Source of the DNA: Dendrobates tinctorius
Lineage: Eukaryota
DNA length: 64,000 bases
Reading direction: 5' to 3'
Assembly (NCBI RefSeq): GCF_039654945.1
Contig: NW_027362160.1
Coordinates: forward strand, 248,001-312,000
Position 1 is the first letter of the stretch. The number at the start of each line of letters is the position of its first letter. Positions 24,319-36,544 of this stretch are shown piece after piece. A program made the position numbers and the translations under genes. The notes beneath the pieces were generated by a model that was not told where the DNA came from, did no database searches, and saw only the letters and a list, made by a program, of their open reading frames with translations.

Positions 24319-25878
24319 CAGCTCTGGCAAACATTAAGAATTAAGAGCGCACTGCAGTTTTATAAAAATCTGCTTCTCTCCATTTCTGGCCTCCATTCCA
24401 GTGTCAGGTGAATTCCATCCAGAGTCCACCTCATTCTACTTACTGTGCTTCTGATTAGGTGATCACCAGAACCAAATGTTATCTAACGAAGGAAAGTATA
24501 AGAAACCCTGCTGTGGGGTTCACAATCCTCCTGCAATAGGACAAGCTGGATGGCAAAACAAGTGCTAGTAATATCCCAAAAGTAATAGGAATGACAAAAA
24601 ATAATTTTTAAGTTTTGAGTGAAGAAAAGAAGGGCTCAATTCTGGCTTTACTAGCAGAGGGATACAGTGAGCATCATGTTGCTTCCATGCTTAAAATTTC
24701 AAAGACGGCAGTCCATTACAACAAGGTCAAGCAGCAGACATTGGGGACAACAAAGCTACAGACCGGCAGAGGGCAAAAACGACTCTTCACTGACCGGGAT
24801 GACCATCATCTTTTTCGAATGTCACTCAGCAACCGCAGGATGACATCAAGTGACCTGCAAAAGAAATGGCAACTGGGGTGAAGTGCACGGCAAGAACAGT
24901 CCGTAACCGGCTCCTAGAGGCCGGGCTCAAGTCATGTAAAGCTAGAAAAAAGCCTTTCATCAATGAGAAGCAAAGGAGAGCCAGGCTGAAGTCTGACAAA
25001 CACCATAAGGATTGGACCATAGAGGACTGGAGTAAGGTAATCTTCTCTGCTGAGTCTAATTTTCAGCTTTGCCAAACATCTGGTCATCTAATGGTTAGAC
25101 GGAGGCGTACAAGGCACAGTGTCTTGCAGCCACTGTGACATTTGGTGGAGGATCGGTGATGATCTGGGGAGGCTTCAGCACGGCTGGAATTGGGCAGGTT
25201 AATCTTTGCGGAGGACGTATGAATCAAGCCGCATACAAGGTTATCCTGGAAAAACAGCTGATTCCTTCTGCTCAGGCAATGTTCCCCAACTCTGAGGACA
25301 ATGCGCCATGCCACACAGCTACGGTAATCAATGTGTGGATGAAGGACCACCACATCAAACCCCTGTCATGGGCAGCCCAATCTCCAGACCTGAACCCCAC
25401 TGAGAACCTCTGGAATGTAATCAGGAGGAAGATGGATAGTCACAAGCCATCAGACAAAGAAAAACTGCTGACATGTGTGTACCAGGAGCGGCATAAGGTC
25501 ACCCAGAAGACATGTGAGAGACTGGTGGAAAGCAGCCAAGACGCAGGAAAGCCGGGGTTAACAATCATGGGGATTCCACAGAATACTGATCTCTGAACTC
25601 TTCCTGAGGTAAAACATCAGTATTGTTGTTTCTAAATGATTGACCTTGTTTTCTTAGCATTGTTTGAGGTCTACAGGCTCTCTGCATTTTGTTGCTCTTT
25701 TGTCCATTTCTCATTTTCTGAAAATAAATACAAAGTTTATTGCTTGGAGATTCGGAGACATGTTGTCAGAAGAAGTTTATAGAATAAAAGAGCAATTTAC
25801 ATTATACTCAAAAATATAAAGAGAAAAATCAGAGAAACTGAAAATTTGGAAGTGGACTATTAATTTTTGCCAGAGCTG
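24319..25878 (+). mobile_element. Tc1/mariner DNA transposon, defective
   Basis: TIR CAGCTCTGGCAAA.ATTAA at both ends; TA on the left flank. Frameshifted transposase ~24591-25596 (WSKVIFSAES, GGGSVMIWG, EDNAPCH, SPDLNPTENLW). Confidence 0.93.
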
Positions 25879-26070
25879 TGTGTGTATATATACGCGCACA
25901 CACCACCCCTCCATACCAGCTGGTGGTGATGTCCCCGGCTGTCCCAGCTCCTGTGCTGCCCCAGCAGTCAGACAAGTCCGTCCCGGTGCCGCCTCCCGCT
26001 GATTACACCCCCGCATTATTGGGGCACTTGCTGTTCTTCACACCACTTCATTATGTTCCGATCAGGAAGG

Positions 26071-26286
26071 ATGGAGCAGGCGGACCCCCAGCCGCTGTCC
26101 TGCAGACCTCCAGGCACCAGACGCGGCTCCAGGGAAGACCCTGATGTGTGTGTGGTGTTCCCAGGACTGGTAACGAGGGAAAGTTGTTGCCGCTTCACCT
26201 GTGACCTCCTGAAGCACATCCTGCACCAGCGCCACCAGCTACCCCTGCCCTACGAGCAGCTGCTGCACTTCTGTGGGGTTTCGCAG
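26071..26286 (+). CDS. MAD2L1BP: MAD2L1-binding protein (p31comet), first coding exon
   Basis: MEQADP...VVFPGLVTRESCCRFTCDLLKHILHQRHQLPLPYEQL matches p31comet (human VVFPGPVSQEGCCQFTCELLKHIMYQRQQLPLPYEQL, recalled). Phase-0 donor CAG|GTAAGA at 26287. Likely acceptor at 26065; the ATG choice is inferred. Confidence 0.93.
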
Positions 26287-26439
26287 GTAAGAGCAACCGC
26301 CCTCTGCCCGTCCCACCCCCTCTTCTGTACCATCTCACTCAGTGTTGCTGGTGTCCTCTAGCGCATCCCCCCCTTTGCCGGTTTCCTGTCAGCCCGGGTC
26401 CTCCCTCTGCCGAACTCCTTTCGGGCCATGTTCAAGCCC

Positions 26440-27347
26440 CCGGTCTCCTCTCGGGGCCCCCCTACTCCCCTCGCCGGTCTCCTCTCGGGGGCCCCCCCTA
26501 CTACCCTCGCCGGTCTCCTCTCGGGGGCCCCCCCTACTCCCCTCGCCGGTCTCCTCTCGGGGGCCCCCCCTACTCCCCTCGCCGGTCTCCTCTCGGGGGG
26601 GCCCCCCCTACTCCCCTCGCCGGTCTCCTCTCGGGGGGGCCCCCCCTACTCCCCTCGCCGGTCTCCTCTCGGGGGGGCCCCCCCTACTCCCCTCGCCGGT
26701 CTCCTCTCGGGGGGGCCCCCCCTACTCCCCTCGCCGGTCTCCTCTCGGGGGGGCCCCCCCTACTCCCCTCGCCGGTCTCCTCTCGGGGGGGCCCCCCCTA
26801 CTCCCCTCGCCGGTCTCCTCTCGGGGGGGCCCCCCCTACTCCCCTCGCCGGTCTCCTCTCGGGGGGGCCCCCCCTACTCCCCTCGCCGGTCTCCTCTCGG
26901 GGGGGCCCCCCCTACTCCCCTCGCCGGTCTCCTCTCGGGGGGGCCCCCCCTACTCCCCTCGCCGGTCTCCTCTCGGGGGGGCCCCCCCTACTCCCCTCGC
27001 CGGTCTCCTCTCGGGGGGGCCCCCCCTACTCCCCTCGCCGGTCTCCTCTCGGGGGGGCCCCCCCTACTCCCCTCGCCGGTCTCCTCTCGGGGGGGCCCCC
27101 CCTACTCCCCTCGCCGGTCTCCTCTCGGGGGGGCCCCCCCTACTCCCCTCGCCGGTCTCCTCTCGGGGGGGCCCCCCCTACTCCCCTCGCCGGTCTCCTC
27201 TCGGGGGGCCCCCCTACTCCCCTCGCCGGTCTCCTCTCGGGGGCCCCCCCTACTCCCCTCGCCGGTCTCCTCTCGGGGGGCCCCCCCCTACTCCCCTCGC
27301 CGGTCTCCTCTCGGGGGGCCCCCCCTACTCCCCTCGCCGGTCTCCTC
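26440..27347. repeat. ~38-bp intronic minisatellite (CTCCCCTCGCCGGTCTCCTCTCGGGGGGGCCCCCCCTA), ~24 copies
   Basis: Fills most of the MAD2L1BP intron; unit length varies in the G/C runs. Confidence 0.97.
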
Positions 27348-27389
27348 TTGCTCCGGGTACTTACCCCCTTATGTCTTCTCTTCTTCCAG

Positions 27390-27914
27390 GATGGTGATGA
27401 GGTTAGGAGAAGGCCGATGAAGCAGGCGTCTGATTCCCGTCAGTGCCAGCGCGCGCTCTCAGACTTGGCAGAGTTAATGTCTCGGCTGCAAGTCTTCTTC
27501 ACGCTGACCCCTGTCCCGCGCGTTCTGCTGCTGCTGGGAGGATCTGTCGTCAGCCCTAAGGAGCTGTATGTCATAGACATGGAGGGCATCCAGGTGGGTA
27601 ATGGTGAGCAGAGCCTGAGTCTGCGGCCCTGTCTCCGCCAGCTCTTCCATGCGCTCTTTCTGGCTGACCCGTTCAGTGAGCTGCGCTCTTCTGGCCTGAT
27701 GAGCCTGGTCCTGATGGTGCAGGGACATCGAGACTGCGCCGCAGATTGGTTTAGACCCAAACTCAACTATAAGGTTCCCACCAGGGGCCACACGCTGACC
27801 ATCAAACTGTCCAGCAGCGAAGCAGACAGCACCCCGGACCACAGCACCCCGGACCACAGCGACGACTACATCTGGTTTCAGGCTCCAGTCACACTGAAAG
27901 GGTTTCAGAACTGA
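27390..27914 (+). CDS. MAD2L1BP: MAD2L1-binding protein (p31comet), last coding exon; spliced product ~246 aa
   Basis: Polypyrimidine tract and CAG acceptor at 27389, in frame with the previous exon. VPRVLLLLGG..SPKE, DWFRPKLNYKVP, DYIWFQAPVTLKGF are characteristic p31comet HORMA motifs. Confidence 0.96.
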   Translation, partial: DGDEVRRRPMKQASDSRQCQRALSDLAELMSRLQVFFTLTPVPRVLLLLGGSVVSPKELYVIDMEGIQVGNGEQSLSLRPCLRQLFHALFLADPFSELRSSGLMSLVLMVQGHRDCAADWFRPKLNYKVPTRGHTLTIKLSSSEADSTPDHSTPDHSDDYIWFQAPVTLKGFQN

Positions 27915-29369
27915 GCGTGCAAGAACCCCTCTGTGCGACTCCAACAAGGGGAGGGGATGGTCTCTGCTGGGAGACACACGACCCCTTCCCCTCTATAATA
28001 GCTTGTTCTGGGGCACAGAGATGCTGTTGGATGATGGTTGGGCCGGTGGTCAGTCACCTCAGGTTCTCCTTTTGATTGTGCAATAGACCTATGTGTTAGC
28101 AGCTCCGGACAGAGACCTCCGTGTATCCCGTGCAGAGACCCCCATTATTTCCCAGGCAGCGGTGTCATTTCTGTGCAGCCTCCAGCTACCAGACAAGGAC
28201 GTGCTCCGATGAGTGGGATGGTCAGTCCTCTTTGATTTCCATTGTATCTGGACCCCCGACTTCTACCTCAGCAGCAATCCTTACACCTCAGTGACACTTG
28301 TGGCCTTCAGCATCTTCATCCTCTACGAGACGTGAGTGGTGGCCCAGAATCGCATCCTTCCTGCAGGGGCAGTGTGCTGCTCTCGTGAGGGTCCGATATG
28401 CTTCATGGATCCGGACTCTCCTGTGGCATCTGGAAATGTTATGCCCCATGTTTCCTACAGGATACTAGGGGCCGGTTCATGGCTTTCTATAGGGGGCGTA
28501 TAGGGTATTTATTGGACTCTGCTAAAGAGATTGTACTGAGAGCCGCGAGTGCAGGCGCCATCCTGAGCATCGAGTGTGCGGATGGCTGCGTCACTGTGAT
28601 CGTCGAGTGTATGGACGGCCACGTCGCTGTGTCGTTGGCGTCCCGACTGAGATTTCCACAAAATTCGGCACTTCAGACTTTTTTGTTTTCCTTTTGTTCC
28701 AAGAAAAAAGAAATGTGATTGGTGCAGAGGATGTATCTGATCTATGAAAGCTGCAGGTGTGACTTGAAGACCCCCTAAACTAAAACGGGGTTTGTCTGCT
28801 GCTATGGTGTTTCTCATCCTTAAATAATGTGGTGCTGCGGTCTGGCTCACTGCACGGGGCCGCGACCTCCGTCTGGCTCGCCTGCGTAGCAGCGCAGGGC
28901 ATCTAATTTTTTACTTTTGGCATTTTTTTTGATCATGGATCTAATGTTATTAAATGTCGCCTCTTCTGCGGCTTCTACCTCGCTCCGTGTCTCGTCCTTT
29001 GCCTCGTCCGCTGCCGCACCCCACGTCTCGTCCGCTGCCGCATCTTGTCCACCGCCGCCTCGTCCGTCACCGCGTCTCGTCTGCCGCCTCAGTCTGCCAA
29101 TACAGTTTCTGATCTGTGGCAAAATCGCCTTGTCAGCCTTGTAGCTCTCCTCCTGTGACCTTGCCTGACTCTTTAGCTCGCCTCCTGGCAGGGCTGTGGA
29201 GTCTGAGTCGGAGCTCATTTTGGTGGAGTCGGTATAAAATGGTCCGACTCCTAAAATATATAATAAATTGGGTACAGTAGTTCAATGCAGAATATGTTGA
29301 ATATTTTTTCATAGGAATTTGGGAAAGTTATGAAATGTCCTATAAATGGCTGTTCTATTCCTGATCTAA

Positions 29370-29895
29370 GGCTTCATTCACACACAGCGTTTTTCCTGCG
29401 TTTTTTGAGGATTCGTTTTTCAGTTGCAAAAGCCGATCAGATTTTTAAAAAACCGCATCACCTGAAAGGATTTTGCGCTCATAGATGTTTTCAATAGCAA
29501 AAGCAGATTAGAAATCTGCTCTATCTATCCATTTATCCATATCTGTCTATCTATATCATATCTGTACCTAAAAGAATGAAAGCCGGGTAGCACACAGACT
29601 AACGCTCCATTTTTTTAGCACCAGTCAGTTACACCTCATAGCTGCCCAAAAGGACGCCCAGGACAGGCATTGCTCGTCTTCAGTAACATCAACATCAACT
29701 GATAGTTGGAATAAATAGACTGCATTCACCACCACATCTTCTTAAGGTGCAGGCTTTATTTTCAAGTGTAGGGGTGTGCAGTATGAGGTTCTGCAGCAGC
29801 TAAGGTGTGCAGTATGAAATTCTGTGGAAGAGTATGAGATTCTGCCCCCCACCCCCAGGTTTGATCCTGGCTACACCCATAGTGTGAATGTAGCC
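29370..29895. mobile_element. PIF/Harbinger-type MITE
   Basis: TIR GGCTTCATTCACAC / GTGTGAATGTAGCC with TAA and TGA flanks. Confidence 0.65.
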
Positions 29896-29940
29896 TGAGG
29901 ATCTGGGCTTTATCTTAGCCGAGATAAGTCATAGTGTGTG

Positions 29941-29988
<48 letters not shown>

Positions 29989-29990
<2 letters not shown>

Positions 29991-31611
29991 GTACAGACCA
30001 AAAGTTTGGACACACCTCAATCAAAACATTTTCTTTATTTTCATGACTATGAAAGTTGTAGATTCACTCTGAAGGCATCAAAACTATGAAGTAACACATG
30101 TGGAATTATAGAATTAACAAAAAAGTGTGAAACAACTGAAAATATGTCTTATATTCTAGGTTCTTCAGAGTAGCCACCTTTTGCTTTGATTTCTGCTTTG
30201 CACACTCTTGGCATTCTCTTGATGAGCTTCAAGAGGTAGTCACCGGAAGTGGTTTTCACTTCACAGGTGTGCCCTGTCAGGTTTAATAAGTGGGATTTCT
30301 TGCCTTATAAATGGGGTTGGGACCATCAGTTGTGTTGTGCAGAAGTCTGGTGGATACGCAGCTGATACTCCTACTGAATAGACTGTTAGCTGCTTTTTTC
30401 TTGCCATAATACAAATTCTGAGTAAAGAAAAACAAGTGGCCATCATTACTTTAAGAAATGAAGGTCAATCAGTCTGAAAAATTGGGGAAACTTTCAAAGT
30501 GTCCCCAAGTGCAGTGGCAAAAACCATCAAGCGCTACAAAGAAACTGGCTCACATGAGGACCGCCCCAGGAAAGGAAGACCAAGAGTCACCTCTGCTGCG
30601 GAGGATAAGTTCATCCGAGTCACCAGCCTCAGAAATCGCAGGTTAACAGAAGCTCAGATTAGAGACCAGGTCAATGCCACACAGAGTTCTAGCAGCAGAC
30701 ACATCTCTACAACAACTGTTAAGAGGAGACTTTGTGCAGCAGGCCTTCATGGTGAAATAGCTGCTAGGAAACCACTGCTAAGGACAGGCAACAAGCAGAA
30801 GAGACTTGTTTGGGCTAAAGAACACAAGGAATGGACATTAGACCAGTGGAAATCTGGGCTTTGGTTTGATGAGTCCAAATTTGAGATCTTTGGTTCCAAC
30901 CACCATGTCTTTGTGCGATGCAGAAAAGGTGAACGGATGGACTCTACATGCCTGGTTCCCACCGTGAAGCATGGAGGAGGAGGTGTGATGGTGTGCGGGT
31001 GCTTTGCTGGTGACACTGTTGGGGATTTATTCAAAATTGAAGGCATACTAAAGCAGCATGGCTACCACAGCATCTTGCAGCGGCATGCTATTCCATCCGG
31101 TTTGTGTTTAGTTGGACCATCAATTATTTTTCAACAGGACAATGGCCTCAAACACACCTCCAGGCTGTGTAAGAGCTATTTGACCAAGAAGGAGAGTGAT
31201 GGGGTGCTACGCCAGATGACCTGGCCTGCACAGTCACCAGACCTGAACCCAATCGAGATGGTTTGGGGTGAGCTGGACCGCAGAGTGAAGGCAAAAGGGC
31301 CAACAAGTGCTAAGCATATCTGGGAACTCCTTCAAGACTGTTGGAAGACCATTTCCGGTGACTACCTCTTGGAGCTCATCAAGAGATTGCCAAGAGTGTG
31401 CAAAGCAGTAATCAAAGCAAAAGGTGGCTACTTTGAAGAATCTAGAATATAAGACATATTTTCAGTTGTTTCACACTTTTTTGTTAATTATATAATTTCA
31501 CATGTGGTAATTCATAGTTTTGATGCTTTCAGAATGAATCTACAATTTTCATAGTCATGAAAATAAAGAAAACTCTCTGACTGAGGTATGTCCAAACTTT
31601 GGTCTGTACCG
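29989..31611 (+). mobile_element. Tc1 transposon with long (~170-bp) TIRs, inserted next to a (TA)n tract
   Basis: CAGTACAGACCAAAAGTTTGGACA... and its inverse at 31611. The right TIR overlaps the end of the transposase. Confidence 0.95.
30407..31452 (+). pseudogene. Tc1 DD34E transposase with a premature stop at ~30475
   Basis: GRPR motif, WFDESKF, FQQDN, SPDLNPIE. In-frame TGA (probably from CGA) near the N-terminus and no clear ATG. Confidence 0.9.
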
Positions 31612-31865
31612 TGTACATGTATTCAGTGTATTACATATTTACAATTTATTAGTTTTTTGTGTTCTAAAGTTGTATTCCAATAAATAGATATTATGTTCTG
31701 TCTAAATATCTTGATTATTGGATAATAGAAATGATTAAATGTCTGAAGTTCACATTGTACTACAATACATTTTTCACTTAAATATAAGCAATAGATGTCG
31801 GAGTCGGTGGAAGGGAAATTGAGGAGTCGGAGTCGCAGGTTTGGCTTACCGACTCCACAGCCCTG

Positions 31866-34095
31866 CCTCCTGGGACCTCGCCTGACTCTTTAGCTCGCCT
31901 CCTGGGACCTCGCCTGACTCTTTAGCTCGCCTCCTGGGACCTCGCCTGACTCTTTAGCTTGCCTCCTGGGACCTCGCCTGGCTCTTTAGCTTGCCTCCTG
32001 GGACCTCGCCTGGCTCTTTAGCTTGCCTCCTGGGACCTCGCCTGACTCTTTAGCTCGCCTCCTGGGACCTCGCCTGACGCTTTAGCTCACCTCCTGGGAC
32101 CTCGCCTGACGCTTTAGCTCGCCTCCTGGGACCTCGCCTGACGCTTTAGCTCGCCTCCTGGGACCTCGCCTGACGCTTTAGCTCGCCTCCTGGGACCTCG
32201 CATGACTCTTTAGCTCGCCTCCTGGGACCTCGCCTCTTTAGCTCTCGTCCTGGGACCTCGCCTGACTCTTTAGCTCGCCTCCTGGGACCTCGCCTGACTC
32301 TTTAGCTCGCCCCTGGGATTTCGCCTGACTCTTTAGCTCGCCTCCTGGGATTTCGCCTGACTCTTTAGCTCGCCTCCTGGGATTTCGCCTGACTCTTTAG
32401 CTCGCCTCCTGGGATTTCGCCTGACTCTTTAGCTCGCCTCCTGGGATTTCGCCTGACTCTTTAGCTCGCCTCCTGGGATTTCGCCTGACTCTTTAGCTCG
32501 CCTCCTGGGATTTCGCCTGACTCTTTAGCTCGCCTCCTGGGTCCTCGCCTGACTCTTTAGCTCGCCTCCTGGGTCCTCGCCTGACTCTTTAGCTCGCCTC
32601 CTGGGACCTCGCCTGACTCTTTAGCTCACCTCCTGGGACCTCGCCTGACTCTTTAGCTCACCTCCTGGGACCTTGCCTGACTCTTTAGCTCCCCTCCTGG
32701 GACCTCGCCTGACTCTTTAGCTCCCCTCCTGGGACCTCGCCTGACTCTTTACCTCGCCTCCTGTGACCTCGCTTGACTCTTTAGCTCGCCTCCTGGGATT
32801 TCGCCTGACTCTAGCTCGCCTCCTGGGACCTCGCCTGACTCTTTAGCTCGCCTCCTGGGACCTCGCCTGACTCTTTAGCTCGCCTCCTGGGACCTCGCCT
32901 GACTCTTTAGCTCGCCTCCTGGGACCTCGCCTGACTCTTTAGCTCGCCTCCTGGGACCTCGCCTGACTCTTTAGCTCGCCTCCTGGGACCTCGCCTGACT
33001 CTTTAGCTCGCCTCCTGGGACCTCGCCTGACTCTTTAGCTCGCCTCCTGGGACCTCGCCTGACTCTTTAGCTCGCCTCCTGGGACCTCGCCTGACTCTTT
33101 AGCTCGCCTCCTGGGACCTCGCCTGACTCTTTAGCTCGCCTCCTGGGACCTCGCCTGACTCTTTAGCTCGCCTCCTGGGATTTCGCCTGACTCTTTAGCT
33201 CGCCTCCTGGAATTTCGCCTGACTCTTTAGCTCGCCTCCTTGGATTTTGCCTGACTCTTTAGCTCGCCTCCTTGGATTTTGCCTGACTCTTTAGCTCGCC
33301 TCCTTGGATTTTGCCTGACTCTTTAGCTCGCCTCCTTGGATTTTGCCTGACTCTTTAGCTCGCCTCCTTGGATTTTGCCTGACTCTTTAGCTCGCCTCCT
33401 TGGATTTTGCCTGACTCTTTAGCTCGCCTCCTGGGACCTCGCCTGACTCTTTAGCTCGCCTCCTGGGATTTCGCCTGACTCTTTAGCTCGCCTCCTGGGA
33501 TTTCGCCTGACTCTTTAGCTCGCCTCCTGGGATTTCGCCTGACTCTTTAGCTCGCCTCCTGGGATTTCGCCTGACTCTTTAGCTCGCCTCCTGGGATTTC
33601 GCCTGACTCTTTAGCTCGCCTCCTGGGACCTCGTCTGACTCTTTAGCTCGCCTCCTGGGACCTCGCCTGACTCTTTAGCTCGCCTCCTGGGATTTCGCCT
33701 GACTCTTTAGCTCGCCTCCTGGGACCTCGCCTGACTCTTTAGCTCGCCTCCTGGAATTTCGCCTGACTCTTTAGCTCGCCTCCTTGGATTTCGCCTGACT
33801 CTTTAGCTCGCCTCCTTGGATTTTGCCTGACTCTTTAGCTCGCCTCCTTGGATTTTGCCTGACTCTTTAGCTCGCCTCCTGGGATTTTGCCTGACTCTTT
33901 AGCTCGCCTCCTGGGACCTCGCCTGACTCTTTAGCTCGCCTCCTGGGATTTCGCCTGACTCTTTAGCTCGCCTCCTGGGATTTCGCCTGACTCTTTAGCT
34001 CGCCTCCTGGGATTTCGCCTGACTCTTTAGCTCGCCTCCTGGGATTTCGCCTGACTCTTTAGCTCGCCTCCTGGGACCTCGTCTGACTTTTAGCT
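31866..34095. repeat. 32-bp minisatellite (CTTTAGCTCGCCTCCTGGGACCTCGCCTGACT), ~70 copies; ~1.5 further units at 29143-29188
   Basis: 32-bp period with blocks of GACC, GATT and TGGATTTT variants. Confidence 0.97.
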
Positions 34096-34349
34096 CTGCA
34101 CTTTCTTCTCCACCCTGATGTGACGTCATCCTCCGCACAGTTCGGACCCTGGCAGTCTCCTCCTTTTCGTTTCTCATCTGATACTATTTCTGGAGAAATC
34201 CTTATGAATTATTAAGCTCATTGAGTTCTATTAAATCAGTAAAGTATGTCCTCATAAATAACACTTCTGTATCTCGTACTGGATTGCACTTCAAAAAGAC
34301 TTAATGAAAATAAATATGCCAATGACCCAATAAACTAAAAACCTAGAAC

Positions 34350-35230
34350 ATAGGAAGTGAATGCAATTTTTATTGAATATACAAAATAATGTTAACAGCA
34401 CGAGAGCCTCATAACCGGTGGGGGGGACACAACGCATAGTGAATACAGCGAGCTTCTACTTTCCACCATGTTAGATATAAAGACAATGCTTTCAGTTCAC
34501 AGTGCAAAATTCATGTACAAACAATAATGAGGACCAAAAAGGAAAGAAAACGTGGATGTGAATGCGGTTGTGTCGCTCTACGCCTGCGGGTTTCATCCTG
34601 CTTCTTCAGGGGCAGGGAGGGGGATGCTGATGAATATAAATACTGAAAGCCGACCAAAGATGGCCCCAGACTAATCATCGGATGTGCACGTGGTCTTTGG
34701 CGCACAATTTACGTCACGTGACGTCCAGTTCTGGTCAGTGGGATGCAGGAACGCTGATCCGCTCAGTCTCCACAGGGCTATGGTGTGCGCTCGCGGTGTG
34801 CCGTGTATACGGAAGTCAGTGGGGTGAGCAGGTGCCACATCCGCACTACACAAGCGCGCAAGCGGAGCCTCCAGGAATGTCCTAAACAGCCGCTACCAAT
34901 GCAAAGGTGAGCAGTATATCAGGGATCCATATGCTATACGGGGACATGAGCATCAACGCCAACATACACCCAGGTGCAGCCGAAGGACCATTTCAATAAT
35001 AATACATTGTTGTTAAATGTATATCGGGTATAGGGCACGACATCATATGGCGACACCCGAAATTATACCGTTATATTAGGAGGCAAAGACTAACACCGAA
35101 CAATGAGCGAAAATCCGAGAGTATTAACAATAGCAATTCCATACTGACACAAAGGAATATATCTGAGAAAGGAGAAGATGATGGCGGGTGCTAAGGAATA
35201 CAATGGTGCGAGAGGGAAAGTGAAGAAAAC
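34350..35230 (-). mobile_element. Possible Penelope-like terminal fragment
   Basis: Minus strand reads GCCCCTGAAGAAGCAGGATGAAACCCGC..GCGTAGAGC (degenerate hammerhead core) and later AATAAA. No ORF. Confidence 0.3.
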
Positions 35231-35234
35231 ACTA

Positions 35235-36470
35235 CGCCAGAAGTGTAGAAGTAATGGCCAATTTGGGTCTCACAGTGAGGAGTAACAAGGCCAGAAGTGT
35301 AGAAGTAATGGCCAATTTGGGTCTCACAGTGAGGAATAACGAGGCCAGAAGTGTAGAAGTAATGGCCAATCTGTGTCTCACAGTGAGGAGTAACGAGGCC
35401 AGAAGTGTAGAAGTAATGGCCATTCTGTGTCTCATAGTAAGGAGTAACGAGGCCAGAAGTGTAGAAGTAATGGCCAATCTGTGCCTCATAATGAGGAGTA
35501 ACAAGGCCAGAAGTGTAAAAGTAATGGCCAATCTGTGTCTCACAGTGAGCAGTAACGAGGCCAGAAGTGTAGAAGTAATGGCCAATCTGTGTGTCTCAGT
35601 GAGAAGTAACGAGGCCAGAAGTGTAGAAGTAATGGCCAATCTGTGTCTCACAGTGAGGAGTAACGAGGCCAGAAGTGTAGAAGTAATGGCCAATCTGTGT
35701 CTCACAGTGAGGAGTAACGAGGCCAGAAGTGTAGAAGTAATGGCCAATCTGTGTCTCACAGTGAGGAGTAACGAGGCCAGAAGTGTAGAAGTAATGGCCA
35801 ATCTGTGTCTCACAGTGAGGAGTAACGAGGCCAGAAGTGTAGAAGTAATGGCCAATCTGTGTCTCACAGTGAGGAGTAACGAGGCCAGAAGTGTAGAAGT
35901 AATGGCCAATCTGTGTCTCACAGTGAGGAGTAACGAGGCCAGAAGTGTAAAAGTAATGGCCAATCTGTGTCTCACAGTGAGGAGTAACGAGGCCAGAAGT
36001 GTAGAAGTAATGGCCAATCTGTGTCTCACAGTGAGGAGTAACGAGGCCAGAAGTGTAGAAGTAATGGCCAATCTGTGTCTCACAGTGAGGAGTAACGAGG
36101 CCAGAAGTGTAGAAGTAATGGCCAATCTGTGTCTCACAGTGAGGAGTAACGAGGCCGGAAGTGTAGAAGTAATGGCCAATCTGTGTCTCACAGTGAGGAG
36201 TAACGAGGCCGGAAGTGTAGAAGAAATGGCCAGTGTCTCATAGTGAGGAGTAACGAGGCCAGAAGTGTAGAAGTAATGGCCAATCTGTGTCTCACAGTGA
36301 GGAGTAACGAGGCCGGAAGTGTAGAAGTAATGGCCAATCTGTGTCTCACAGTGAGGAGTAACGAGGCCGGAAGTGTAGAAGTAATGGCCAATCTGTGTCT
36401 CACAGTGAGGAGTAACGAGGCCGGAAGTGTAGAAGAAATGGCCAGTGTCTCATAGTGAGGAGTAACGAGG
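35235..36470. repeat. 54-bp minisatellite, ~23 copies
   Basis: Unit GAGGCCAGAAGTGTAGAAGTAATGGCCAATCTGTGTCTCACAGTGAGGAGTAAC. Confidence 0.97.
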
Positions 36471-36544
36471 CTAGCACTAAACAGCGGGGACCGGAGAACC
36501 CATACAAAATAATAGTTAAGCAAATGATGAGGTTAAAACGTAAC

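Larger units (their letters stand above)
29189..31865. mobile_element. Non-autonomous hAT-type element containing a nested Harbinger-type MITE and a Tc1
   Basis: TIR CAGGGCTGTGGAGTC / GACTCCACAGCCCTG. Perfect 8-bp TSD CCTCCTGG (29181-29188, 31866-31873). Subterminal GGAGTC repeats. Confidence 0.9.

Noticed and set aside
18660-24334. ORFs of 1709-1844 aa and Gly/Pro-rich collagen- or mucin-like ORFs
   Set aside because: By-products of the 45-bp array, open in all three minus frames.
26053-26361. Unspliced 102-aa ORF as a complete gene
   Set aside because: p31comet similarity ends at the donor at 26287; the rest is intron.
28847-29218. 123-aa minus-strand ORF
   Set aside because: It starts inside the hAT TIR and crosses repeat and low-complexity sequence.
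35232-36523. Hydrophobic repeat ORFs resembling membrane proteins
   Set aside because: Translation of the 54-bp array.
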